Both the position numbers and the translations under genes were made by a program. Positions 53,245 through 63,554 of a DNA stretch of 64,000 nt are shown one piece after another (position 1 is the stretch's first letter; each line of letters starts with the position of its first letter). Where the stretch lies: the NCBI GenBank assembly GCA_963796325.1, contig CAWCLF010000002.1, positions 823 through 64,822 on the forward strand, written 5' to 3'. Origin of the DNA: an uncultured Spirochaetota bacterium. GTDB lineage: Bacteria; Spirochaetota; Brevinematia; Brevinematales; JAOACQ01. The notes under the pieces were generated by a model. The model was not told the origin of the DNA and made no database searches. It was given only the letters and a program-made list of their open reading frames with translations.

Positions 53245-54129
53245 TTATTTTTTCTGCTGTAGAACTATATCGTTCTGCTTGATCTTCCCTTTTCCCTCCA
53301 CTACTTCGGCGATGCAGAATTTTTCCTTGATTTCAGTCACTTTGATCGTACCGACCTTTTTATCTTCGCTTCCCAGGCTCTCGCCCGAATCCGGATCTAC
53401 AAGTTCCTCGCCTTTTTCCATTATATCAAATGTCTGCCCCACCGTAATTCCGGAATCCTTTCCTAAATTGACATAAACATTATCGGCGTTGACTTTCATG
53501 ATCTTCCCTTCGATGGGCATATTCCCGAAGGTCTTTGTAAACTGATTTACAAGATCGTCGACACATTTTTTAGTGGCCTTTCCGATGGTAGTTTCATCAA
53601 ATCCTGTCGAACCCCATGCGACATCGGTAGGAAGAAGGTCTGCGTTTTCTATCGAAACTCCCGTAGAGGTCTCTTCTCCGACTCCGTTTTCGGCGCCTTC
53701 GATCCTTCCGGTTTCGACATTGACAATCCTTACATCGGTAGCGACCCTCGCAGATACATTATTTACAGCCACTCCGAAGGCTTCTGTCTTCTCCGCCTTC
53801 TGGCCGAACTGGTTCACGCTGCCGATAACGATATACTGGAGCCCGAGGATCTTGCCGGCTTTAACGGCGGATTCAGGAGTAGTAATACCGCTCATCTGCA
53901 GTTTCTGTTCTTCGAGAACACTTTCGAGTTTGGATCTTTCCATTACATCGAACTTGCCGGATTTGAAAAGCGACGTGGCGAGCATATCGGCCATACCCTC
54001 CCCCACGGCCCATGACCCGGTTGCGGAACCGGCCTTGTACTGGAAATCGATTATGGCAAGCCTTGGTTTCTTAGCATAAGCCATACCGGCTATAAGAACA
54101 AGCAGCAAAATAAAAATCCTGATTTTCAT
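53245..54129 (-). CDS. CsgG/HfaB-family protein with FlgT-like C-terminal domain
   Basis: Signal peptide; LAIIDF, F.V.ERSKL..VL.EQ, GKILG, VYVNLG...GI..G. Confidence 0.85.
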   Translation of the reverse strand: MKIRIFILLLVLIAGMAYAKKPRLAIIDFQYKAGSATGSWAVGEGMADMLATSLFKSGKFDVMERSKLESVLEEQKLQMSGITTPESAVKAGKILGLQYIVIGSVNQFGQKAEKTEAFGVAVNNVSARVATDVRIVNVETGRIEGAENGVGEETSTGVSIENADLLPTDVAWGSTGFDETTIGKATKKCVDDLVNQFTKTFGNMPIEGKIMKVNADNVYVNLGKDSGITVGQTFDIMEKGEELVDPDSGESLGSEDKKVGTIKVTEIKEKFCIAEVVEGKGKIKQNDIVLQQKK

Positions 54130-54165
54130 AAAAACCCTCCTCTTTATATATATTTTATCAGGTTG

Positions 54166-55059
54166 CTAATTTAAAACTTCCGCAAGATATTCGATATGCT
54201 CAACCAGCCTGTCCCATGCCTCGAACGAATATCCGAAACAGGTCTTAATTTTTTCAAGATTGAACATAACCGGGGCCGGTCCGTTTTCTTCCTTAATAAT
54301 GCGGCTTTTTGAAGAAGTGATCTCCACGGTTTTCCGGGCTATCCTCTCCCAGGAGATATATTCCCTTCCGAGGCCGAAAAAAATATCCCTGTTAAAGTCC
54401 GATTCAAGCACCGAAAGGTAAATTCTTGCAAGATCGCCGGCCCAAATGAACTGCGTACCGTCGTTTTCAGCAACTTTTATATCTCTGCCTGTAAGAGCGC
54501 ATTTTACAATATCCCTGAATCTTGTGTCTATCTCCATAGGAGCGCCTTTTACAACAGGATTTCCAAACGTATATCCCGGCCTGATAATATTACAGCGCAT
54601 AGGATATTGATATGAAACCGCCGACAGGTATTCCTCGGTTGCAGCTTTAGTCGCGCAGTAATAATTTACAGGCTTGGACTTCATCTCTTCATCCATGCAG
54701 TCCCTGAATTCTCCGAGCGCGGCAGTCGAAGAAGTATATATCATATGTTTAATCCCTGCTTCCGCGGCCGTTTCAAAAAAGAAAACCGACGAAAGCGTAT
54801 CCCTTGCAACCATTTCAACAGCCGTATTCCCCCAGAAAAGGGCATTATGAATACAGGCATCATGACCCTTTATGTTTCCGGCAATTATGCCACTGTCCTC
54901 CATGCCCCCTTTTAACATTTTTATACTTTTTCTCCTTTCAAATTCACCGATCTTGCCCGGATCCCTGGCCAGGATTGTAAGCTCATACCCCCTTCCCAGC
55001 AGGGCGGCGACAAGGTATGAACCGATAAATCCCATGCCTCCTGTTATGAAAATCCTCAT
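54166..55059 (-). CDS. NAD-dependent epimerase/dehydratase
   Basis: ITGGMGFIG, YTSS, YCATK. Confidence 0.88.
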   Translation of the reverse strand: MRIFITGGMGFIGSYLVAALLGRGYELTILARDPGKIGEFERRKSIKMLKGGMEDSGIIAGNIKGHDACIHNALFWGNTAVEMVARDTLSSVFFFETAAEAGIKHMIYTSSTAALGEFRDCMDEEMKSKPVNYYCATKAATEEYLSAVSYQYPMRCNIIRPGYTFGNPVVKGAPMEIDTRFRDIVKCALTGRDIKVAENDGTQFIWAGDLARIYLSVLESDFNRDIFFGLGREYISWERIARKTVEITSSKSRIIKEENGPAPVMFNLEKIKTCFGYSFEAWDRLVEHIEYLAEVLN

Positions 55060-55061
55060 TA

Positions 55062-55622
55062 TCAACCCGGAAATTTAGCGTTAAGGAGGCTGGTCCCTAT
55101 CTTTGCCAGGATAGTTGCAAATACTATTCCTAAAAACGAGATTAAGATCAGGATATACAATACGCCTGAATTTCCTATATTATAGAAAATGTTAACCAGA
55201 ACAAGGATTGCCGATAGAAGAAAGAACACGCTCCCGAAAATCATTTTACGGACAAGGAGAGGAGTAGTAACCTTCCTGAACCGGATCTTCCCGTCAAAAA
55301 GACCTCCGCAGAAGGCTGCGGCAATTACAACAGGAAGGCAGTATGAAAGGACGCTTAAAGTGGTAAGGATTTCCATGCGAACATCGCCCTGAATCAAAAG
55401 AGCCGCGATCGACATGATAAATATTGTTGCGGTAAATGCCACGGGAAAATGGACAAGCACCGGGTGAACATCAAGGGAGAGCTTGAATTTCCTTGCGGGC
55501 GATATCTTTTCCGTATACGGCTCGAACATTTTTGAAGGAACGCCGCAGGCCGGGCATTTATCCCTTAAATTTTCCTTTTCAATGATATAGCCGCATGATT
55601 TGCATATCATTAGTTCTTTCAT
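55062..55622 (-). CDS. Rubredoxin-like domain fused to DUF2231-like membrane domain
   Basis: CKSCGY..CPACG; HPVLVHFP; 4 TM helices. Confidence 0.8.
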   Translation of the reverse strand: MKELMICKSCGYIIEKENLRDKCPACGVPSKMFEPYTEKISPARKFKLSLDVHPVLVHFPVAFTATIFIMSIAALLIQGDVRMEILTTLSVLSYCLPVVIAAAFCGGLFDGKIRFRKVTTPLLVRKMIFGSVFFLLSAILVLVNIFYNIGNSGVLYILILISFLGIVFATILAKIGTSLLNAKFPG

Positions 55623-55685
55623 ATTTAACTCTCCCGTCCATGAATTTATAGTCAAAACAATATTTTATCACAAAGAAAGGTATAG

Positions 55686-56549
55686 TCAATAAAATATTAA
55701 AAGAATAACACAGAAAATATCAGTCGCAGTGCAGGATATAAAGTTCATGATCATTAAAGAGCGGTAATCGGCGGCTTTAACGTCTTTTAAAACCCTTAAG
55801 AACCAATATACAAAAAAAGTTATCACCGGAACCTGGCACACGATGAAAACAAGCGCCGCATGAAGGCCTCTGGATATATCAAGAAACGATATAAAACCGG
55901 CGAAAGTTATTGCAAAGAACAGCGCCGACATAAAGAAAGTCCCTCTCTTGCCAAGGATAAGAGAAATCGTTTTATCGCCCCTCGCCCCGTCTTCTTCATG
56001 CTGGTATACCTGTGTAAGGGGGTAACTCGCCATAAGATAAAACGTCGAAATAACTGCAGGGATAATTATAGCGGGTTTCATTATCCCTGCGTACCCGTCA
56101 AGAGAAACTGCCCCGCTTGTCAGCAAAAATATAAGGGCTCCTCCGAACAGAGATACGCATAACCAGCTTATTACAGGCCTGTTCTTTAGACGTATCCTGT
56201 CATAGCTGTATGATTTCGAACCAAGGCCGTATATGAAAAGGCCGAGGGCAAAGATCCAGCTTATTGTAAGAGCGATAGCGACGGCGGCAAGATCGAATAA
56301 GATAGAAAACCATAGGAGGTCCCCTGTAACTTCCGGCGGTTTAAGAAGCCCGCCGATACTGCCTTTATCCCTGTCGTAAAAAGAATTGAAACCGTTGGAG
56401 GCCGGATAAATTAAAAGATGGATAATTACGAATGCAAGAATAGATTTTTTGAGGTCTATATTACGGCTCATAGCAAGGCTGAACATAAATACCGGTGTTA
56501 AAAAATATGAAAACGGTATCCTCATGTGCAGGAGGGTGGAAAAGGTCAT
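55686..56549 (-). CDS. UbiA family prenyltransferase
   Basis: NSFYDRD, QHEED..RGD.T, multiple TM helices. Confidence 0.85.
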   Translation of the reverse strand: MTFSTLLHMRIPFSYFLTPVFMFSLAMSRNIDLKKSILAFVIIHLLIYPASNGFNSFYDRDKGSIGGLLKPPEVTGDLLWFSILFDLAAVAIALTISWIFALGLFIYGLGSKSYSYDRIRLKNRPVISWLCVSLFGGALIFLLTSGAVSLDGYAGIMKPAIIIPAVISTFYLMASYPLTQVYQHEEDGARGDKTISLILGKRGTFFMSALFFAITFAGFISFLDISRGLHAALVFIVCQVPVITFFVYWFLRVLKDVKAADYRSLMIMNFISCTATDIFCVILLIFY

Positions 56550-56564
56550 CGAAAACCTCTTAAA

Positions 56565-57026
56565 TCAAATAATATCGGGGTTGACAAACCACAATATCCG
56601 CCATCGGCCTTCGGATTCCTTCTCAAGGCAAACAGCCGACGAATCTTTGAGCAGAGCTATTTCAATTTTATCATTCCCCGCGGCAAGACCGGATAAGAGC
56701 TTCGAAAGGAAGGGAAGGTGCCCGACGATCATTGCATCGGAACTTAATCCGTTAATTTTCAAAAGCCATGGGCCGATAGGATCGTTCGGCTTCAAGCCCT
56801 CCGCTTCCAGGATCCCTTCGGAAGGCTTTATACTATCCGATATCAGGACTGCAGTTTCACGGGCCCTGGTTTTAACGCTGTGATAAATTATTCCGACTTT
56901 TACTCCGTTTTTCGCAAGGAAAGCTGCCGTCTTTACCGTCCTTTCCCTTCCTGCTACGCTTAATACCCTTTCCCTGTCATCTTCCGCGTCAACAGCTTCG
57001 CCATGCCTGACAATAAATAATTTCAT
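56565..57026 (-). CDS. sixA: Phosphohistidine phosphatase SixA
   Basis: RHGEA, D.ER.L, S..RA.ETA, VGHLP. Confidence 0.9.
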   Translation of the reverse strand: MKLFIVRHGEAVDAEDDRERVLSVAGRERTVKTAAFLAKNGVKVGIIYHSVKTRARETAVLISDSIKPSEGILEAEGLKPNDPIGPWLLKINGLSSDAMIVGHLPFLSKLLSGLAAGNDKIEIALLKDSSAVCLEKESEGRWRILWFVNPDII

Positions 57027-57210
57027 CCCGGCCCCCTCCTGTTTTTTAACTTTAATAATTTATTAATCCTGATCTTTTTAGGCAAGAAAAACAGGGTTAA
57101 TAAAATTATTAAACCCGATTCTGTTCTTTAAAACCTTACAAAATTATTTTTTTGATATTTTTATCGTCCGGCTCTATAATATCCGTTCAAATCTCTTCAG
57201 GAGGAAATTC

Positions 57211-58068
57211 ATGCATTTAATACAGGCTGTAGTGCTCGGTATTATCCAGGGTCTTACTGAGTTCATACCTATTTCCAGTTCAGCGCACCTGATAGTGTTT
57301 CCATGGATTTTTAACTGGAACGACCCGGTTTTGGACAGCCTTGTATTCGATATAGCCCTTCACATGGGCACCCTTATCGCTCTGTGCATCTTTTTTGCAA
57401 AAGACTGGGCCGCCCTTATCAGGGCGGGGTTCGCCAGTATAATTGAAAGAAAAATAGCCGGCGATTTCAACCGTAAAATGGCCTGGTTCATCGTTATCGG
57501 CAGCATCCCGGGAGGAATCATAGGATTTCTTTTCGAGAAGAGGATAGATAAATTGTTTCACTCAATACCCATAAATCCGAAAGCAATGTTAGTCATGGCT
57601 CTGGTTGTCGCAGGGGCGGGACTGCTTCTTCTGGCCGCTGATGTTTTTGCAAAACATACAAGGAATATTGATAAGATTAAATTCTCTGATGCGATCCTTA
57701 TCGGGCTTGCCCAGTCTCTGGCGATCTTCCCCGGCGTTTCCAGATCGGGGTCTACGATAACAGCCGGACTGGCGCTCGGGATTTCCAGGGAAAGTGCAGC
57801 CCGTTTTTCATTCCTTCTTTCAGCTCCTATTATCGCAGGGGCCGGCCTTAAAAGTATTTTCGACCTTTTAAAACAAACAAAAGTCAATCCCCTGACCAGG
57901 GAGGATATGGCCATGTTCGCCGCAGGTTTTATAGCTGCTGCGGTCACCGGGTTTTTCTGCATAAAGATCCTTCTAAGGTTTCTGCAGAAGCATTCCACGC
58001 TGAGCTTTGTCATTTACAGGCTGGCATTCGCGCTCCTGATCGCAGTCACCGCCCTTGTGAGGATGTAA
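57211..58068 (+). CDS. uppP: Undecaprenyl-diphosphate phosphatase (BacA)
   Basis: GIIQGLTEFIPISSSAHL, PGVSRSGST, AARFSFLLS.P. Confidence 0.95.
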   Translation: MHLIQAVVLGIIQGLTEFIPISSSAHLIVFPWIFNWNDPVLDSLVFDIALHMGTLIALCIFFAKDWAALIRAGFASIIERKIAGDFNRKMAWFIVIGSIPGGIIGFLFEKRIDKLFHSIPINPKAMLVMALVVAGAGLLLLAADVFAKHTRNIDKIKFSDAILIGLAQSLAIFPGVSRSGSTITAGLALGISRESAARFSFLLSAPIIAGAGLKSIFDLLKQTKVNPLTREDMAMFAAGFIAAAVTGFFCIKILLRFLQKHSTLSFVIYRLAFALLIAVTALVRM

Positions 58069-58084
58069 CTATTAAAGGATATCC

Positions 58085-58882
58085 TTATTTCGTGTTGAAT
58101 TTTATCGCGATGCAGGAAAGCCAGGTCCTGGCCCTTGGGTAATTGACCCTGGAAGTTACCATTACATGATAATCGTATAAATCAAAATCGCTGCTATTTT
58201 CAAACATTTTCAGGGCTTCGGCAGAAGTTTCAAATTTATCGATGATTTCCGGGTTTTCCGACATAATAAGGCATTTATCAGAGTCAAATATTAACATACT
58301 GAAAGCGGAATAATTTATTTCCGCCTTCCTTAATTCTTCCACCGGTTTGACAGCCCCGATTCCAACCGTCTTTTCCTCCAGCTTTATCATCCTGGCTTTT
58401 GAATCGGGTTTTGCTTTGTCGATGGCCAATTCTACCCAGTCAAGCAGCATATTCCTTACATCGGATATTTCTGTCAGACTGGAGAACATTTCGATCCCCG
58501 GGCTGGAACTTACAGCTTTGGCCAGGCCGGATACTTCTTTCAGGTATTCGTTCTTTTCCGAGTCAGGAATATAATACATTATTACCAGGTGCACTTTTTC
58601 CCCGTCCGAAGAACCGTAATCTATTCCTTGCGGCGACCAGCCGACTGCGCATAAAAGCTCGCCTTTTTGGGAAGTCCTCACATGGGGACAGGCGATACCC
58701 TTTCCAATACCGGAATTAAAATTTGCCTCTCTTTTCTGGACCTCGCCGACGAGATCCTGCCCGCTGCCTATGTCCGGGATCGCTTCGATCAGAACTCCAA
58801 GGTACTGCAGGGCTTTATCTTTTTCGGCGGCAGGAAGTTCAACAAGCCTCCCTTCCTGCAGAGCATTCAATAAACTTTTCAT
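58085..58882 (-). CDS. PTS EIIA (Fru/Ntr-type) domain protein with C-terminal extension
   Basis: KRE...SGIG.GIACPH (phosphorylatable His), GIDYG..DG..VHL; ATGA overlap with mgtA. Confidence 0.8.
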   Translation of the reverse strand: MKSLLNALQEGRLVELPAAEKDKALQYLGVLIEAIPDIGSGQDLVGEVQKREANFNSGIGKGIACPHVRTSQKGELLCAVGWSPQGIDYGSSDGEKVHLVIMYYIPDSEKNEYLKEVSGLAKAVSSSPGIEMFSSLTEISDVRNMLLDWVELAIDKAKPDSKARMIKLEEKTVGIGAVKPVEELRKAEINYSAFSMLIFDSDKCLIMSENPEIIDKFETSAEALKMFENSSDFDLYDYHVMVTSRVNYPRARTWLSCIAIKFNTK

Positions 58883-61524
58883 ACTTTAGCTCCAAATCTT
58901 TTATTAAACCATGTTTTTACAGTCTGAACAATAACCGCATAACAAACCATAAATCCTGCAATCCAGAGCCAGAAAACCGCCGGCAGCGGTACAAGACCGA
59001 AGACGGATGCGACCGGAGAATACGGCAGGTATATCCCTGCAGCGACAACAAGCAGCGTCGTAACGGCAAGAGGAACGCTGGCACGCGACTGGATGAACGG
59101 GATCTTGTTTGTCCTGATAAAATGCACGACGAGGGTCTGTGTGATAATCGATTCCACGAACCATCCGCTGTGAAAGAGTTTCTCGTAAAACGGCTTCATA
59201 CCCGGGTCCGTGGAAGGATTCGAAAATAAAATACAGTTGAAGAAAAACAGCATCAGGATAAATGTGGCGTAATCGAAGATCGAGCTTGTCGGTCCGACAA
59301 AGAGCATGAACTTGCTGATGAAACTGATGTCCCATTTTTGAGGCTTATTTACAAATTCCTCGTCAACGCTGTCCAGGGGAATGCCTGTTTGGGAAATATC
59401 GTACATGAAATTATTTGTAAGGATCTGGATCGGGGCCATCGGCAGGAAAGGAAGGAAGTAACTCGATCCAACCATACTGAACATATTGCCGAAATTCGAA
59501 CTGGCGCCCATCTTTATATATTTAAGTATATTGGCAAAAACTTTCCTGCCCTCTTTTATTCCCTCTTCAAGGACCATCAGGCTCTTTTCGAGCAGAATTA
59601 TATCGGCGGATTCCTTTGCAATATCTACAGCCGAATCTACTGAAATACCGACATCTGCGGCCTTCATTGCAGTGGCATCGTTAATGCCGTCTCCCATGAA
59701 GCCGACAATGTTATTATTTTCACGAAGAACTTTGATGATTTTCTCTTTTTGCGCAGGAGTGAGCCTGGCAAAAACATTACCTTCGGCGGCGGCTTTTTTA
59801 AAATCGTTTTCATCCATTCCGGCAAGCTGCCGGCCTGTCATAACCAGGTTTACCTTAAGCCCTACATCAGCACAAACTTTCCTGGTTACCAGTTCATTGT
59901 CGCCGGTCAGTATCTTGACTTCCACGCCTGCATTTGACAGGCCTTCAATGGCCTTTGCCGCAGAGTCTTTCGGGGGATCGAAAAAGGCGACATAGCCGAG
60001 AAGTATCATATCTTTTTCATCAGAAGCCGAAAAGGATTCCCTGTTTTTAGGAAATTCCCTGTAGGCGATAGCAAGAACCCTGTAGCCGTCCATCGACAGC
60101 TGCTGGTATTCCTCGAAAAGGTCGTTTTTGACCATTTCGATAAGGGGGTATATATCATCGTCTACCTGGTACTGGCTGCAGACATTGTAAACATCCTCGA
60201 CAGCCCCCTTGCAGATAAGAACATTGTTATTCTCCCATTCTATGATTACCGACATTCTCTTCCTGATAAAATCGAAAGGTATCTCGTCGACTTTTCTGGC
60301 GCTTCTTTCAACATCCAGGTCTTCGTGCGCCAGGATCGCTCTGTCCATAAGGTTTCGAAGGCCTGTCTGGTAATAGCTGTTCATATACGCATAGATCAAT
60401 ACATCAGGACTCTTCCTGTTGGTAATATCCACGTATTTTTCAAGAATAATATTATCCTGCGTAAGAGTTCCCGTTTTATCCGTGCACAGAATATTCATTG
60501 CGCCGAAATTCTGTATGGCTTTAAGCTTTTTTATTATAACCTTCTTTTTCGACATGGCGATAGCGCCCTTCGCAAGACATACCGTTACAACCATCGGCAG
60601 CATTTCAGGAGTGAGACCTACTGCGATCGAAAGACCGAATAAAAAGGCGTCTTTCCAGTTATGTTTGGTCAGCCCTACTATCAAAAACACAGCGCTTACC
60701 ATTACAACCATAAAGCGTATCATCAGCCATACGAATTTTCTGACTCCCCTGTCGAATCCGGTAACACCCTTTTCACCTGCAAGCGTCCCGGATATTTCTC
60801 CAAGCATTGTTTTCGATCCTGTATTGATTACAACAGCTTTTGCAGTACCGCTTACAACATTCGACCCCTGGAAACATGCGTTGGTCAGTTCCAATGCTTC
60901 CCTTACTTCTGAAGATTGCTTCGACGAAAATTTTTCAACAGGCATCGACTCGCCTGTAAGGACCGACTGGCTTAAAAAAAAGTCCTTCGCGGAAATGACC
61001 CTGACATCCGCGGGGATTATCGATCCTGCGTTCAGAATCACTATATCGCCGGGTGCAAGATCGGTAATGGGAATTTCCGCTTCATGCCCTCCCCGCAGGA
61101 CATTGACGTTTGTTTGGATGAGTTTTATAAGCTTTTCTGCAGCCCTGCCCGAACGGCTTTCCTGGAAATATGCCAGGAATACGCTGATAATAATCATTCC
61201 TGCCACAATAAATGCACTGGGATCGCCGGGGTCGCTGGTAAGGTACATTGCGGCGCATATGACAACTAACTGAATAACAAGGGGATCCTTGAACCTCTCG
61301 AGTATATCAATGAACACATTTTTCTTTTTTTCTTTGACGAATATGTTTCTGCCGAATTCCTTATAGCGGTTCTCAACTTCTTCATTTGTCAGGCCCAGTA
61401 CCCTGCTGTCCATTTTTTTTAATGCTTCTTCCTCGGGACAGAGGGATAACTCGATCAGTTTTTTTGTATTGTCAGATGTCTTTGTACCGGCAGAACCTTT
61501 CCTGATAGATTTTCTCCCATTCAT
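58879..61524 (-). CDS. mgtA: Magnesium-translocating P-type ATPase
   Basis: TGES, GLTPEMLP, DKTGTLT, FMGDGIND, ASSNFGN (ORF extends to TTG 61536). Confidence 0.95.
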   Translation of the reverse strand: MNGRKSIRKGSAGTKTSDNTKKLIELSLCPEEEALKKMDSRVLGLTNEEVENRYKEFGRNIFVKEKKKNVFIDILERFKDPLVIQLVVICAAMYLTSDPGDPSAFIVAGMIIISVFLAYFQESRSGRAAEKLIKLIQTNVNVLRGGHEAEIPITDLAPGDIVILNAGSIIPADVRVISAKDFFLSQSVLTGESMPVEKFSSKQSSEVREALELTNACFQGSNVVSGTAKAVVINTGSKTMLGEISGTLAGEKGVTGFDRGVRKFVWLMIRFMVVMVSAVFLIVGLTKHNWKDAFLFGLSIAVGLTPEMLPMVVTVCLAKGAIAMSKKKVIIKKLKAIQNFGAMNILCTDKTGTLTQDNIILEKYVDITNRKSPDVLIYAYMNSYYQTGLRNLMDRAILAHEDLDVERSARKVDEIPFDFIRKRMSVIIEWENNNVLICKGAVEDVYNVCSQYQVDDDIYPLIEMVKNDLFEEYQQLSMDGYRVLAIAYREFPKNRESFSASDEKDMILLGYVAFFDPPKDSAAKAIEGLSNAGVEVKILTGDNELVTRKVCADVGLKVNLVMTGRQLAGMDENDFKKAAAEGNVFARLTPAQKEKIIKVLRENNNIVGFMGDGINDATAMKAADVGISVDSAVDIAKESADIILLEKSLMVLEEGIKEGRKVFANILKYIKMGASSNFGNMFSMVGSSYFLPFLPMAPIQILTNNFMYDISQTGIPLDSVDEEFVNKPQKWDISFISKFMLFVGPTSSIFDYATFILMLFFFNCILFSNPSTDPGMKPFYEKLFHSGWFVESIITQTLVVHFIRTNKIPFIQSRASVPLAVTTLLVVAAGIYLPYSPVASVFGLVPLPAVFWLWIAGFMVCYAVIVQTVKTWFNKRFGAKV

Positions 61525-61539
61525 TCTTAACCCCAAAAT

Positions 61540-62814
61540 TTATTCGCAATGCTTTACAAGCCCCGGTACAGGGAATTTCAGGCATAGTTCTTCAACCTCT
61601 TTTTTTATTCTCTTCAGAATTCCCTGGTCATCATGATTTCCCAGGGCGCCGGCAATCCAGTAACCGATCTGTACCATCTCGCTTTCCTTCATTCCCCTTG
61701 TTGTGGCAGCCGGCGTTCCAAGCCTTATACCGCTCGGCCTGAGCGGAGGATTTTTATCGTCAGGAATAACCTGTTTATTCGTGGTTATCGAAACACTGTC
61801 CAGCACCTCTTCAGCCTTCCTGCCGTCAATAGAATGGCTTTTAACGGTGTCTGCAACCATCATGTGATTGTCGGTCCCGCCGGTAACCAGGCTCATGCCG
61901 TTTTCTAAAAGCGATAAAGACAGCGCCTTCGCATTTTTAAGAACATTCTCCGCATATATCCTGAATTCCGGCTGCAGAGCCTTGCCGAGCGTAACCGCGA
62001 TGGCGGCTATTGTATGCATATGCGGCCCGCCCTGTAATCCCGGGAAGACGGATTTATCTATCAGCGAAGCATATTTTTCCCTGCACATTATTATAGCCCC
62101 CCTGGGTCCCCTCAGGCTTTTATGAGTCGTAGTCGTAACAACATCAAAACCGTAGTCGAAGGGATTTTTCATTACGCCGCCGGCAATCAGGCCTCCGATA
62201 TGAGCGACATCGGCCATGGTCACAGCGCCGACTTCATCGGCTATTTTCTTGAAATCTTCATAGTTGTAATCCCTGGGATAACTCGTATAACCGCACAGGA
62301 CTATTTTCGGTTTGTGTTTCTTTGCCAGCTTCATGAGCTCCGGGAAGTCTATCTTTCCCGAATTGCCGGGATCTGTTTTATAACGTATAAAATTGAAGAG
62401 TCTGCCCATATGCGAGACCGGCGCGCCATGCGTCAAATGCCCTCCATGGGAAAGATCCATTCCAAGCACCGTATCCCCAGGTTTGAGGAATGCCAGGTAA
62501 ACAGCCTGGTTCATCGGAGATCCGGATAAGGCCTGTACATTGGCATGCTCGCATCTGAAAACCTTTTTTGCCCTTTCCACTGCCACTTTCTCTATGTAAT
62601 CCGTAAATTCCTGTCCTCCGTAATATCTCCTGCCCGGATAGCCTTCAGAGTATTTATTAGTAAAAACACTGCCGTTGGCTGCCAGTACCTCCGGATACGT
62701 ATAATTTTCCGAAGGTATAAGTTCAATACCCTTCTTTTCCCGTTCTTCTTCGCCAAGTATCGCATCAAAAATTTCAGGATCATTCTTCTTTAAAAGATTC
62801 CAGTTTTCATCCAT
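61540..62814 (-). CDS. glyA: Serine hydroxymethyltransferase
   Basis: LIPSEN, KYSEGYPGRRYYGG, HGGHL, TTTHKSLRGPRG, FPGLQGGP. Confidence 0.96.
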   Translation of the reverse strand: MDENWNLLKKNDPEIFDAILGEEEREKKGIELIPSENYTYPEVLAANGSVFTNKYSEGYPGRRYYGGQEFTDYIEKVAVERAKKVFRCEHANVQALSGSPMNQAVYLAFLKPGDTVLGMDLSHGGHLTHGAPVSHMGRLFNFIRYKTDPGNSGKIDFPELMKLAKKHKPKIVLCGYTSYPRDYNYEDFKKIADEVGAVTMADVAHIGGLIAGGVMKNPFDYGFDVVTTTTHKSLRGPRGAIIMCREKYASLIDKSVFPGLQGGPHMHTIAAIAVTLGKALQPEFRIYAENVLKNAKALSLSLLENGMSLVTGGTDNHMMVADTVKSHSIDGRKAEEVLDSVSITTNKQVIPDDKNPPLRPSGIRLGTPAATTRGMKESEMVQIGYWIAGALGNHDDQGILKRIKKEVEELCLKFPVPGLVKHCE

Positions 62815-63019
62815 TATTTTCCTCTCTCAAATAAGATCTAAGGATCAACAGGTTCCAATACTTCAGAATATAAGAGACGATTTTATTTTAATACAAGAGT
62901 TTTATAATATCAAAATATGCATATTCCTTTATTGGATTCTTTTACTGAAAACTGCGGATTAATAATGTTTCTTTTCATTTTTCAGCCCTTATGATAAAAT
63001 AACAGATCAGGAATATCAT

Positions 63020-63532
63020 ATGAATAATAATACAGGTATAAAAAGGGCGGTATACCCCGGAACTTTCGATCCGCCCACAAACGGCCATAAAGATATTGCT
63101 TTAAGGGCCTCCAATTTATTCGACGAAACAGTCATAGCCGTAGCGGACAACTATGCAAAGGATATACTGTTTACAGTCGATGAAAGGCTTTCTATGCTTA
63201 AAGAGATTTTCAAAGACCGCAATAATATCATAGTCAAAAGCTTTACAGGCCTTTTAATCGATTTTGTCAAGAAAGAAAATGCCAAGGCAGTTGTCAGAGG
63301 CCTTCGCGCCATATCGGATTTCGAATACGAACTCCAGCTGGCTTCGCTCAATTCGCATCTCGATAAATCGGTTGAGACCGTCTTCTTCATGGCAAGCGAC
63401 GAGAATCTGTTCGTCAGTTCTTCAATGATAAAGGAAATAACACAATTGGGAGGGGATATCTCTCAGAAGGTCCATCCGTACGTCTGGAATAAATTGAAGG
63501 AAAAATTCAACAGCATCGATAAAAAGTTATAA
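63020..63532 (+). CDS. coaD: Phosphopantetheine adenylyltransferase
   Basis: YPGTFDPPTNGH, RGLRAISDFEYE, SSS.IKE. Confidence 0.96.
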   Translation: MNNNTGIKRAVYPGTFDPPTNGHKDIALRASNLFDETVIAVADNYAKDILFTVDERLSMLKEIFKDRNNIIVKSFTGLLIDFVKKENAKAVVRGLRAISDFEYELQLASLNSHLDKSVETVFFMASDENLFVSSSMIKEITQLGGDISQKVHPYVWNKLKEKFNSIDKKL

Positions 63533-63554
63533 GAGCAAAGGGAGAGAGGTTTAT

